Source: Candidatus Aminicenantes bacterium (GTDB lineage: Bacteria; Acidobacteriota; Aminicenantia; UBA2199). Taken from it: DNA of 64,000 bases. The position numbers and the translations under genes are program-made. The stretch spans positions 39,829 through 103,828 of the forward strand of contig JAFGSF010000005.1 in assembly GCA_016934745.1 (NCBI GenBank), given 5' to 3'. Positions within the stretch are counted from its first letter, which is position 1. Each line of letters begins with the position of its first letter. Shown in pieces: positions 8,752 to 16,631 of the stretch. The notes under the pieces are model-generated. The model saw only the letters and a list, made by a program, of their open reading frames with translations. It did not search any database and was not told where the DNA came from.

Positions 8752-10161
8752 GTGAGAGATGCAAAGAAAATTTTATTACTTATTTTCGCCTATAATGCCG
8801 AACCGACAATCGAAAAGGTTCTTAAACGCATTCCTGTCGCGATTCATAATTATGATTATGAAATCCTTTTTATTAGCAATAAATCCTCGGATCATACCTT
8901 TGACGGCCCAATAGGTTACAAATCGCCTAATCCAGAGATTCTTTTAACTGAATTATATAGTCCTGAAAACTGGGGATATGGCGGGAATCAGAAACTAGGG
9001 TTCCAATACGCAATTGAAAAAAAATTTGATATTGTTGCACTTCTGCAATGTGATGGTCCGTACGCACCAGAAGACTTGGAGAAATTAATACTCCCAGTAC
9101 TCAACGAAGAAGCCGACGCCGTGTTCGTTACAAGGACGGCCCACAAAATACTGGGAACGCGCCTGAGCGAGTTTCATCCGGGAGATAGAGTTTATTCGGT
9201 TAAAACCTTAAAACAGATCCCCTTCGAATTGAATACGAATGACTTCCATTTTAATACGGAAATAGGCATTCAATTGAAATTGCATGGAAGCAAGATACGA
9301 GAAATTCCTATTTCAACTTGTAATGGCGCTGGAAAATACGATGTCAACAATTTTGTCCACGCATGGAATGTTATAAAAGCTACCATGAGAGCAAAGCTTC
9401 AGCAGATGAATATTGCCTACCATCGACAGTTCGATATTGTCAAACCCGAGCACAATTACCCGCCGAAATTTGATTTTCTCTCTTCGCATACCATGGCCAT
9501 CAATGAAGTAAGATCTGGGGCTCATGTTTTGGATATCGGCTGCGGAGCAGGGCACGTAGGCAGAGAACTCGAAAAACGGAATTGCCAGGTAACCGGTGTC
9601 GATATTGCCATGGAGGAAGAGGGCAAATCTTTGCGGAAATTCAGTAACATTGACTTGAATAGGGATTCCATCCCATATCCTCCTGATTCTTTCGATTTCA
9701 TACTCATCCTCGATGTTCTGGAACACCTGGATCTGCCCTCTCAATTCAATCTTCTGGAAAAGATTCGGACAGGATCAAAATCTAAAAAACCGGCAATCAT
9801 CATCACCGTTCCGAATATTGCTTTTCTTTTCATTCGGGTGCAACTACTTATTGGAAATTTCAATTATGGGAAACGAGGGATTCTCGATATGACTCATAGG
9901 CACCTTTTTACTTTTAAATCCATTCGCCGGTTTCTCAACCAAGCCGGCTACAAAATTGAAAAAACAAAAGGGATACCGCTTCCGTATCCGCAAGTTATGG
10001 GAAACAATATTATAAGCAGGTTCCTGTTGAGAATAAATACCTACTTGATATGGCTCGTTCCTGGCCTCTTCTCTTATCAGATTTTTATAAAAGCAACACC
10101 TATTCCAACTGTAAAACAACTGCTTGAACTTGCCGAAGCAAACCAAGGGAAAAAGGGTTAA
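8752..10161 (+). CDS. GT2 (degenerate) plus class I SAM methyltransferase fusion
   Basis: N-terminal GT2 (AYNAE, GYGGNQK) with an internal deletion; C-terminal VLDIGCGAG, LDVLEHL, TVPN, GILDMTH. Confidence 0.8.
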   Translation: MRDAKKILLLIFAYNAEPTIEKVLKRIPVAIHNYDYEILFISNKSSDHTFDGPIGYKSPNPEILLTELYSPENWGYGGNQKLGFQYAIEKKFDIVALLQCDGPYAPEDLEKLILPVLNEEADAVFVTRTAHKILGTRLSEFHPGDRVYSVKTLKQIPFELNTNDFHFNTEIGIQLKLHGSKIREIPISTCNGAGKYDVNNFVHAWNVIKATMRAKLQQMNIAYHRQFDIVKPEHNYPPKFDFLSSHTMAINEVRSGAHVLDIGCGAGHVGRELEKRNCQVTGVDIAMEEEGKSLRKFSNIDLNRDSIPYPPDSFDFILILDVLEHLDLPSQFNLLEKIRTGSKSKKPAIIITVPNIAFLFIRVQLLIGNFNYGKRGILDMTHRHLFTFKSIRRFLNQAGYKIEKTKGIPLPYPQVMGNNIISRFLLRINTYLIWLVPGLFSYQIFIKATPIPTVKQLLELAEANQGKKG

Positions 10162-10286
10162 AGATAAAAAAAAAATATTCGCTCCTCAACAAAGATAATC
10201 TCATGCTCATACAGCGAACCGTGCCATGAACGGGAAATCGGCCATATAGAAGCGGGCGGCGAAAGAAACTCGCAGGTTCAAAACGA

Positions 10287-10315
10287 TTGACTAAAGCGGC
10301 GGAGTTTGCTAAAGT
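10287..10315 (+). promoter_or_regulatory. Promoter TTGACT-17-TAAAGT with extended TG
   Basis: Canonical spacing upstream of the LKR gene. Confidence 0.55.
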
Positions 10316-10352
10316 AAAAACCTGGTTAATCCAATACGAGCAAGAGGAAAAA

Positions 10353-11687
10353 ATGGGAAAAATTATCGGCATTCGCAGGGAAGATAAAAACGAATGGGAA
10401 AAAAGGGTTCCACTGGTACCCGCTGATATTCGCTGGCTCAAGGAAACGCATGACATTCACACGATTGTCCAGCCGTCAAAATTAAGAATTTTCAGTGATG
10501 AGGAATACCGCCAGGCCGGAGCCGAAATCAGCGAAGATTTAAACCGGGCCGGAGTGATTTATGCCGTCAAGGAAATCCCGGCTCATCTTTTTCAAAAAAA
10601 CAAGACCTATGTCTTTTTTTCACATACGATCAAGGGGCAAGCCTATAATATGCCGATGCTTCAGACCATGGTCGACCTGGGCTGCAATTTGATTGACTAT
10701 GAACGTGTGATTGATGAAAAAAATCAACGGCTCATTTTTTTCGGGCGCTACGCCGGATTGGCCGGCATGCTGGATACCCTGCACGGCTATGGACAAAAAT
10801 TGATGGCCCGGGGCACTCCGACTCCCTTTGCCAAAATTAAGCAAGCCTATCAATATGACTCCCTGGCCGCGGCCAAGGAATCCATTGCGGCCATCGGCAG
10901 TGAAATAGACAGCCAGGGATTCCCAGCCGAATTATGCCCGCTGATCGTCGGTTTTTCCGGCTATGGCAACGTATCGCGCGGTGCCCAGGAAATTTTCGAC
11001 CTCCTGCCGCACAAAATCCTCTCGGCCGAGGCCATGCTAGAAATGGCTGAGAATTTTTCCAATGACAATTTAAACCTGTACAAGGTTGTTTTCAGCGAGG
11101 ACGATATGGTGCGGCCCCGGCAGGGTGCTTTTTCCTTGCCGGACTATTACGCCCACCCGGAAAAATACGAATCTAAATTCGAAAACTATCTGCCCCTGCT
11201 GTCCATCCTGGTAAACTGCATTTATTGGACCGAAAAATATCCGCGCTTGGTCCGCAAGGAATACCTCAAGAACAGGACCATCCTGGAATCCAACCTGAAA
11301 CTGCAGGTCATCGGCGACATCAGCTGCGATATCAACGGTTCCATCGAGATCACCAACAGGGCGACCAAGCCCGATGACGCCTTTTACACGTATTTCGCCG
11401 AAACCGACTGTTTTGAAAACGGCATCAAACCTTTAGGAGTCACAGTCATGGCCGTGGACAACCTCCCCTGCGAATTTCCACGCGAATCATCGCTTGAGTT
11501 TTCAGCGGTGTTACGCGATTTCGTCAGTGCCATCAGTGCCGCCGACTTCAGTTCAAAAGACTCATCCATGGAACTGCCCTTCGCTATCTGCAAAGCACTG
11601 ATCCTGCGCCAGGGAAATTTCAGCAACGACTATCAATACATGCATAATTTTTTAAATTCAGCAGAGCTTGATAAGAGCCATAGATAG
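10353..11687 (+). CDS. Lysine-ketoglutarate reductase / saccharopine dehydrogenase (AASS LKR-like domain)
   Basis: GIRREDKNEWEKRVP, FFSHTIKGQ, LIDYE, GYGNVSRGA, DISCD, VDNLP motifs of the AlaDH/PNT-fold LKR; GAGG SD. Confidence 0.85.
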   Translation: MGKIIGIRREDKNEWEKRVPLVPADIRWLKETHDIHTIVQPSKLRIFSDEEYRQAGAEISEDLNRAGVIYAVKEIPAHLFQKNKTYVFFSHTIKGQAYNMPMLQTMVDLGCNLIDYERVIDEKNQRLIFFGRYAGLAGMLDTLHGYGQKLMARGTPTPFAKIKQAYQYDSLAAAKESIAAIGSEIDSQGFPAELCPLIVGFSGYGNVSRGAQEIFDLLPHKILSAEAMLEMAENFSNDNLNLYKVVFSEDDMVRPRQGAFSLPDYYAHPEKYESKFENYLPLLSILVNCIYWTEKYPRLVRKEYLKNRTILESNLKLQVIGDISCDINGSIEITNRATKPDDAFYTYFAETDCFENGIKPLGVTVMAVDNLPCEFPRESSLEFSAVLRDFVSAISAADFSSKDSSMELPFAICKALILRQGNFSNDYQYMHNFLNSAELDKSHR

Positions 11688-11732
11688 CAAATTCAAAATT
11701 TATTCTAAAAAATTGATAAATTTTAGAATTTG
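11688..11732. repeat. AT-rich imperfect inverted repeat
   Basis: CAAATTCAAAATTTAT (11688-11703) pairs with ATAAATTTTAGAATTTG (11716-11732) with one bulge. Confidence 0.5.
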
Positions 11733-11762
11733 TCATTAAGGTTTTAAAAGAGGAGGAACGCA

Positions 11763-13088
11763 ATGAAAAATATTCTGGTTCTGGGTGCCGGCTTGGTAAG
11801 CAGGCCGGGAGTGAATTACCTGCTGGAACATAAGGACCTGTCAGTCACCGTCGCTTCACGCACGGTGAGCAAGGCCGAAAAGCTGGTTAAAGGCTACGCC
11901 AACGGCAAAGCCGTTGCCATCGATGTCGAGAACGAACAGGCCCTGACCACGTTGATCAAGGAGCACGACATCGTCATCAGCCTGCTGCCCTGGATCCACC
12001 ACGTCAAGGTAGCCACCCTGTGCCTGGAGCACGTGAAAGACATGGTGACCACTTCCTACGTCAGCGAAGGAATGAAAAAACTGGACAAATCGGTGCGCGA
12101 AAAAGGCCTGCTTTTTCTCAACGAAATCGGTGTCGATCCGGGCATCGACCACATGTCGGCCATGAAGATCATCCATACGGTCGAGTCCGAAGGCGGCAAA
12201 GTATTGCACTTCTTCTCATATTGCGGCGGCCTGCCGGCCCCTGAGCACAACAACAACCCCTTCGGATACAAATTCTCCTGGAGCCCGCGCGGCGTGGTAC
12301 TGGCCTCGCGCAATTCGGCCCGTTTCCTGGAAGACGGCAAGATCGTGGAGATCGAGGGCAAGAACCTGTTCGTCGATCCCCTGGTGGAAGAGATCGAAGG
12401 GTTGGGAAAATTCGAGGTTTATCCCAATCGCGATTCGGTCCCCTACCAGGAAATGTACGGATTGAAGGACGCGCTGACCGTCAAACGCGGCACCTACCGC
12501 AACCTGGGCTGGTGCGCCACCTTGAAGAAGATCGTAGACCTGGGACTGGTCGACGAAACCCCGCAGTCCAACCTCAAGGACGTGACCTTCAAGAAAATGA
12601 CGGCCGATCTGGTCGGCTGCCCGGCTGAGGGCAATGTCAGGGAGGCGACGGCGAAAAAACTCGGCATCGCCCCAGACTCGGAGATTATCGGTCGCCTCGA
12701 ATGGCTGGGTCTTTTCAGCGATGAACCGGTCCCCGCTTTCGACAACCGCCTGGATATCTTGAGCCAACGCCTGCAGGAGAAGCTCTTCTTCAAGGAAGGC
12801 GAAAAGGATATGCTCATCCTGCGCCACCGCTTTATTGTGGAAAACAAGGACCAGACACACGACCTGATCACCTCCACCCTGATCGACTACGGCATTCCCT
12901 TTGGCGATTCTTCCATGGCCCGCACCGTCAGCCTGCCCCTCGCCATCGCCACACACCTGATCGCCGAGGGGCGCATGCCCTTGAAGGGAGTGCAGACCCC
13001 GGTGCACGCCGAGATCTACGAGCCGGTCCTGCGCGAGCTGGAAGCCCTGAACATCAAGATGGTGGAAAAGAGAATCCCCCTGAAATAA
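11763..13088 (+). CDS. Saccharopine dehydrogenase (L-glutamate-forming, Lys9/AASS SDH-like)
   Basis: VLGAGLV, TSYVS, EIGVDPGIDHM, CGGLPAPE, YKFSWSPRG, YPNRDS, SMARTV; strong AGGAGG SD. Confidence 0.92.
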   Translation: MKNILVLGAGLVSRPGVNYLLEHKDLSVTVASRTVSKAEKLVKGYANGKAVAIDVENEQALTTLIKEHDIVISLLPWIHHVKVATLCLEHVKDMVTTSYVSEGMKKLDKSVREKGLLFLNEIGVDPGIDHMSAMKIIHTVESEGGKVLHFFSYCGGLPAPEHNNNPFGYKFSWSPRGVVLASRNSARFLEDGKIVEIEGKNLFVDPLVEEIEGLGKFEVYPNRDSVPYQEMYGLKDALTVKRGTYRNLGWCATLKKIVDLGLVDETPQSNLKDVTFKKMTADLVGCPAEGNVREATAKKLGIAPDSEIIGRLEWLGLFSDEPVPAFDNRLDILSQRLQEKLFFKEGEKDMLILRHRFIVENKDQTHDLITSTLIDYGIPFGDSSMARTVSLPLAIATHLIAEGRMPLKGVQTPVHAEIYEPVLRELEALNIKMVEKRIPLK

Positions 13089-13095
13089 TACGCTT

Positions 13096-13452
13096 TTGGT
13101 TAAAAAAACTATCGGTCAGGACGGAGAACAGGCGGCTGTTATTTTTCTAAAAAACAAGGGCTTTCGCATCATCAAAACCAATTACCGGGTGGCCGGCGCA
13201 GAGGTCGATATTATTGCCTTAACCGGCACGATATTATGCTTTATTGAAGTAAAAACCCGGAAAAGCAGCGATTATGGTTTGCCAGAAGCTTTCGTCCACC
13301 GGGGCAAGCAGCGGAAAATAATACGGGCCGCCAAATTTTTTTCCAGCCGCAAGGCCTACCAGGAATTCCTGGTACGATTCGACGTCATTTCCATCATTCG
13401 CGATGAAAAAGGCATGGCTTTCGATCACTTGGAAAATGCTTTCGAGGAGTAA
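13096..13452 (+). CDS. yraN: YraN/UPF0102 family endonuclease-like protein
   Basis: G-x-x-GE, EVDIIA, FIEVKTR, RFDVI. Confidence 0.9.
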   Translation: MVKKTIGQDGEQAAVIFLKNKGFRIIKTNYRVAGAEVDIIALTGTILCFIEVKTRKSSDYGLPEAFVHRGKQRKIIRAAKFFSSRKAYQEFLVRFDVISIIRDEKGMAFDHLENAFEE

Positions 13453-13455
13453 ACG

Positions 13456-14454
13456 ATGCCAGAATTACGCAAAGATCCCATCACCGGAACCTGGGTGATT
13501 ATATCCGAAGAAAGAAAAAAAAGGCCGAAGTATTACCAAATCGTCGTGAACAAGGACATGTCCATACCGCAAAATTGTCCTTTCTGTCCCGGCAATGAAG
13601 CGATGACCCCACCCGAGACTTATGCCCTGCGCCCCGATCATTCGCCGGCGAACGGGCCGGGATGGAACTTGCGGGTCGTGCCCAACAAGTTTCCGGCCCT
13701 GCGCATCGAGGGTGAATTGCGCAAAAGCGGTGAGGGTTTTTATGACAAGATCAGCGGCATCGGCGCCCACGAGGTGATTATTGAAACTTCCCAACACCCC
13801 GAGGAACGGGGCGATATCGGCAGCATCCAGATTCAAAATACCCTTTCGGCAGCCAGATACCGCATTATGGATCTGAAGAAAGATACCCGTTTCAAATATA
13901 TCATGGTCTTTAAGAATTTCGGCCCGACAGCCGGCGCCACCCTTGCCCACTCACACTCGCAGATCGTCGCCCTGCCGGTCGTGCCGCTACGTGTCCAGGA
14001 GGAAATCGATGGCGCCCAGGCCCACTTTGATTTAAAGGAACGCTGCATTTTCTGCGACATCATCCAGTATGAAAGCGAAGCCGATCGCCGCCTGCTCATG
14101 GAAAACGAGCACTTCATTGTCCTGGCACCCTACGCGCCCCGTTTTTCATTCGAACTCGCCGTTTATCCCAAGCGCCACAATCCGGCCTTTGAAAGCACTC
14201 CGGATGTCGAGCTGGAAAGCCTGAGTTCTATCCTGAGCGAAACATTAAATAAAATATCGCGGCTGTTGAACCACCCTGACTACAATTTAATCATCCACAA
14301 CGCTCCCTGCCAGAACAACGTTGGCGATTTCTACCACTGGCACATCGAGTTCATGCCGGTGCTGTCGCGCGTGGCCGGCTTCGAATGGGGCACCGGCTTC
14401 TACATCAACCCCATTTCGCCCGAGGAGTCGGTCCAGTCGCTGAAAGCGGTATAA
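13456..14454 (+). CDS. galT: Galactose-1-phosphate uridylyltransferase (class I)
   Basis: ELRKDP, CPFCPGNE, NKFPAL, HSHSQ catalytic motif, GFEWGTG. Confidence 0.9.
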   Translation: MPELRKDPITGTWVIISEERKKRPKYYQIVVNKDMSIPQNCPFCPGNEAMTPPETYALRPDHSPANGPGWNLRVVPNKFPALRIEGELRKSGEGFYDKISGIGAHEVIIETSQHPEERGDIGSIQIQNTLSAARYRIMDLKKDTRFKYIMVFKNFGPTAGATLAHSHSQIVALPVVPLRVQEEIDGAQAHFDLKERCIFCDIIQYESEADRRLLMENEHFIVLAPYAPRFSFELAVYPKRHNPAFESTPDVELESLSSILSETLNKISRLLNHPDYNLIIHNAPCQNNVGDFYHWHIEFMPVLSRVAGFEWGTGFYINPISPEESVQSLKAV

Positions 14455-14464
14455 AGCCGTCTTC

Positions 14465-15844
14465 TCACCTGACAAACATGATTACCGGCAGGGCGTAGTC
14501 ACTGTCCTGCCAAGCCTGATAATCCCGGGTATCACCCTGGTTGTCGCGGCGGTCGATGCCGATACTATAGAGGACCTGCTTGGCCTCGTTCCAGATGTAC
14601 GGCTTCCCGGAACATGGATCCAGCAATTCGCGGTAGCTCGGCAGATCATTGAACTGCGACTGGATCGGACGGGTTGGGTCATAGCTGCGGTGCAGGTCGG
14701 CGGCAATGTGCAGCATATCATGCCACGCCTTCAGGGCCCATGATTTGTAGACCACGGCAACGAAATTTTCCGATTTTTCGTCATCAAGTCTTTTTTTGCC
14801 CAGCGGGTTTTGCAGCCACCAGAAAGCCCCTTGAGCCTGTCTGGGTAATTCCTGGATATCCTCGTTCCAGAGACGGGGAGGGGTTTCCTCGTAACGTATG
14901 ATCCCCTCCATAAAGGGAACCCGGATATTGCGGGTGCGATTTTCCTGGAAAAGCAATTTATTCTTGACGACAGAAAGCCAGTTTCCCGCAGATTGGTCGG
15001 ACTCCGTAATTTCTGAAAACCAGTACGTCTCGCATTCGAACGGAAAACGGGAGCCAAACGCTTCGTAAGCCAGCGTGGGAGTTCCATCCAGAACGGTCTG
15101 ATACACATCAGGGGGGCAATCTTTCTGGTTCATGATGTCGTTCAGGGCCCAGATGGCCAGCCTGGCCACGGCCTTGGACACCAGGTTGGTGATCAGCGTG
15201 CGGCTGTTGGGGATAACTTTAACAGCAAAATGGAGATGGCGCAGCAGGTGCGCGACGGCTTCAGGAGAATTGCCATTTCGCGCCGTCATGATGTCCAGGG
15301 CAATGGAAAGTTTGGCTGTATGAAGCCAGGCCAGCAGATGCGGAATGGGGAAGTCGAACCGGATCAAGGTGAAATCAATGAACGTTTCACAGTTGATCAG
15401 TTTTTCATAGCGGGCTAGCATGAAACCATATTCTTCAGCGGCCGCAGTCAACTGTTCCCGAAAAGGACTCAAGCTGGACCGCCAATCGCCTTTAAATTTC
15501 ATCACATCGAATGCTGGCTTCAACTTTTCAGGATGCTGGTAATTTTTCCTTGCTTCCTTCCAGGCATGGTTAAATTCTTTGATATAGCGGTCGTTGTCAA
15601 AGGCCGGATCAGCGAGGCGGCGGTACGGAAGGATCGCCGCGTCCGTCTCGATATCGACATCCTTGGGCTCGATCAGGGTCCATAGCCGGTAATAACCGTT
15701 GCTTTTATCAAAAGACTCCGGCGCCGGAGCCGGCGGCGCGCCCAGCTTGGATGGATTGGGCCGGGCATCAATCTGGTTAAAGACCAGATAGCCGATGATC
15801 AGGGCCAGCATCACCAACAATACACGGATCATGATTTTTTTCAT
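14465..15844 (-). CDS. Hypothetical membrane-anchored helical protein with GspG-like C-terminal motif
   Basis: N-terminal TM, AAGGAGG SD before ATG 15844, C-terminal DPCSGKPY...LYSIGIDRRDNQG. Confidence 0.7.
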   Translation of the reverse strand: MKKIMIRVLLVMLALIIGYLVFNQIDARPNPSKLGAPPAPAPESFDKSNGYYRLWTLIEPKDVDIETDAAILPYRRLADPAFDNDRYIKEFNHAWKEARKNYQHPEKLKPAFDVMKFKGDWRSSLSPFREQLTAAAEEYGFMLARYEKLINCETFIDFTLIRFDFPIPHLLAWLHTAKLSIALDIMTARNGNSPEAVAHLLRHLHFAVKVIPNSRTLITNLVSKAVARLAIWALNDIMNQKDCPPDVYQTVLDGTPTLAYEAFGSRFPFECETYWFSEITESDQSAGNWLSVVKNKLLFQENRTRNIRVPFMEGIIRYEETPPRLWNEDIQELPRQAQGAFWWLQNPLGKKRLDDEKSENFVAVVYKSWALKAWHDMLHIAADLHRSYDPTRPIQSQFNDLPSYRELLDPCSGKPYIWNEAKQVLYSIGIDRRDNQGDTRDYQAWQDSDYALPVIMFVR

Positions 15845-15900
15845 GCTTCCTCCTTTTTTTCCCATTGTAAGGTGCAACAAATGAAATGTGGTCTCCAAAG

Positions 15901-15940
15901 TATCATGATTATGTCATATTAATGTCACAGCCGCTGTCAA
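15901..15940. promoter_or_regulatory. Tandem TGTCA direct repeats, putative OmpR/PhoB-family binding site
   Basis: TATCA 15901, TGTCA 15912, 15923, 15935 (11, 11, 12 nt period); upstream of TACAAT (15869-15864, minus strand). Confidence 0.6.
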
Positions 15941-15950
15941 TGACCCTTGT

Positions 15951-16631
15951 TTACATGAGCAGTTTATAACCGGCCCCGTGCACAGTCAGCAGGTGCTCGG
16001 GCCGGGCCGGATCGGATTCAATTTTCTGGCGCAGCTTGAGGATGAAATTATCGATAGTCCTGGGTGAAGGATCGTATTCATCACCCCAGACGCGGTCCAT
16101 GATCTGATCACGGCTGACCACTTCCGGGGAATTGGCGGCCAGCAGCCGCAGAATAGCGACTTCCTTGGGCGTCATGTCCATGGTTTGTTTGCCGCGGCGG
16201 ATTTCAAAGCGGCGGAACAGAACCTCGACTTCCCCTATGCGGATAGTGGTCGGAGTTTCTTTTTCCCGGGTTGTCCTTTTCAGCAGTGCCTGTACCCGGG
16301 CCAACAGTTCCTTGATGCTGAACGGTTTGGTCATGTAATCGTCAGCCCCCAGCTCGAAGCCGAGCAACTTGTCGTTTTCCCGGTCTTTGGCCGTGAGCAT
16401 GATAATCGGTGTCTTTTCATCGTGGCCACGGATCTGTTTGCAGATTTCGTAGCCGTCAAACCCGGGCAACATGATGTCAAGGACGATCAGGTCGGGGTGC
16501 TGCTGATTATACAATTCGAGCCCCAAACGGCCGTCATGGGCGATGATAGTTTGAAAACCATGGAATTGCATGGTTTCCGCCAAGCCCTTTTGCAGGGTGC
16601 TGTCGTCTTCAATGATCAGTATTTTACTCAT
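15951..16631 (-). CDS. OmpR/PhoB-family response regulator
   Basis: IEDD, LDIMLP, LTAK, KPF receiver domain plus winged helix (TVHGAGYK). Confidence 0.95.
   Translation of the reverse strand: MSKILIIEDDSTLQKGLAETMQFHGFQTIIAHDGRLGLELYNQQHPDLIVLDIMLPGFDGYEICKQIRGHDEKTPIIMLTAKDRENDKLLGFELGADDYMTKPFSIKELLARVQALLKRTTREKETPTTIRIGEVEVLFRRFEIRRGKQTMDMTPKEVAILRLLAANSPEVVSRDQIMDRVWGDEYDPSPRTIDNFILKLRQKIESDPARPEHLLTVHGAGYKLLM

Noticed and set aside
12216..13007. 263-aa antisense ORF
   Set aside because: Shadow of the SDH gene caused by codon bias; no motifs.
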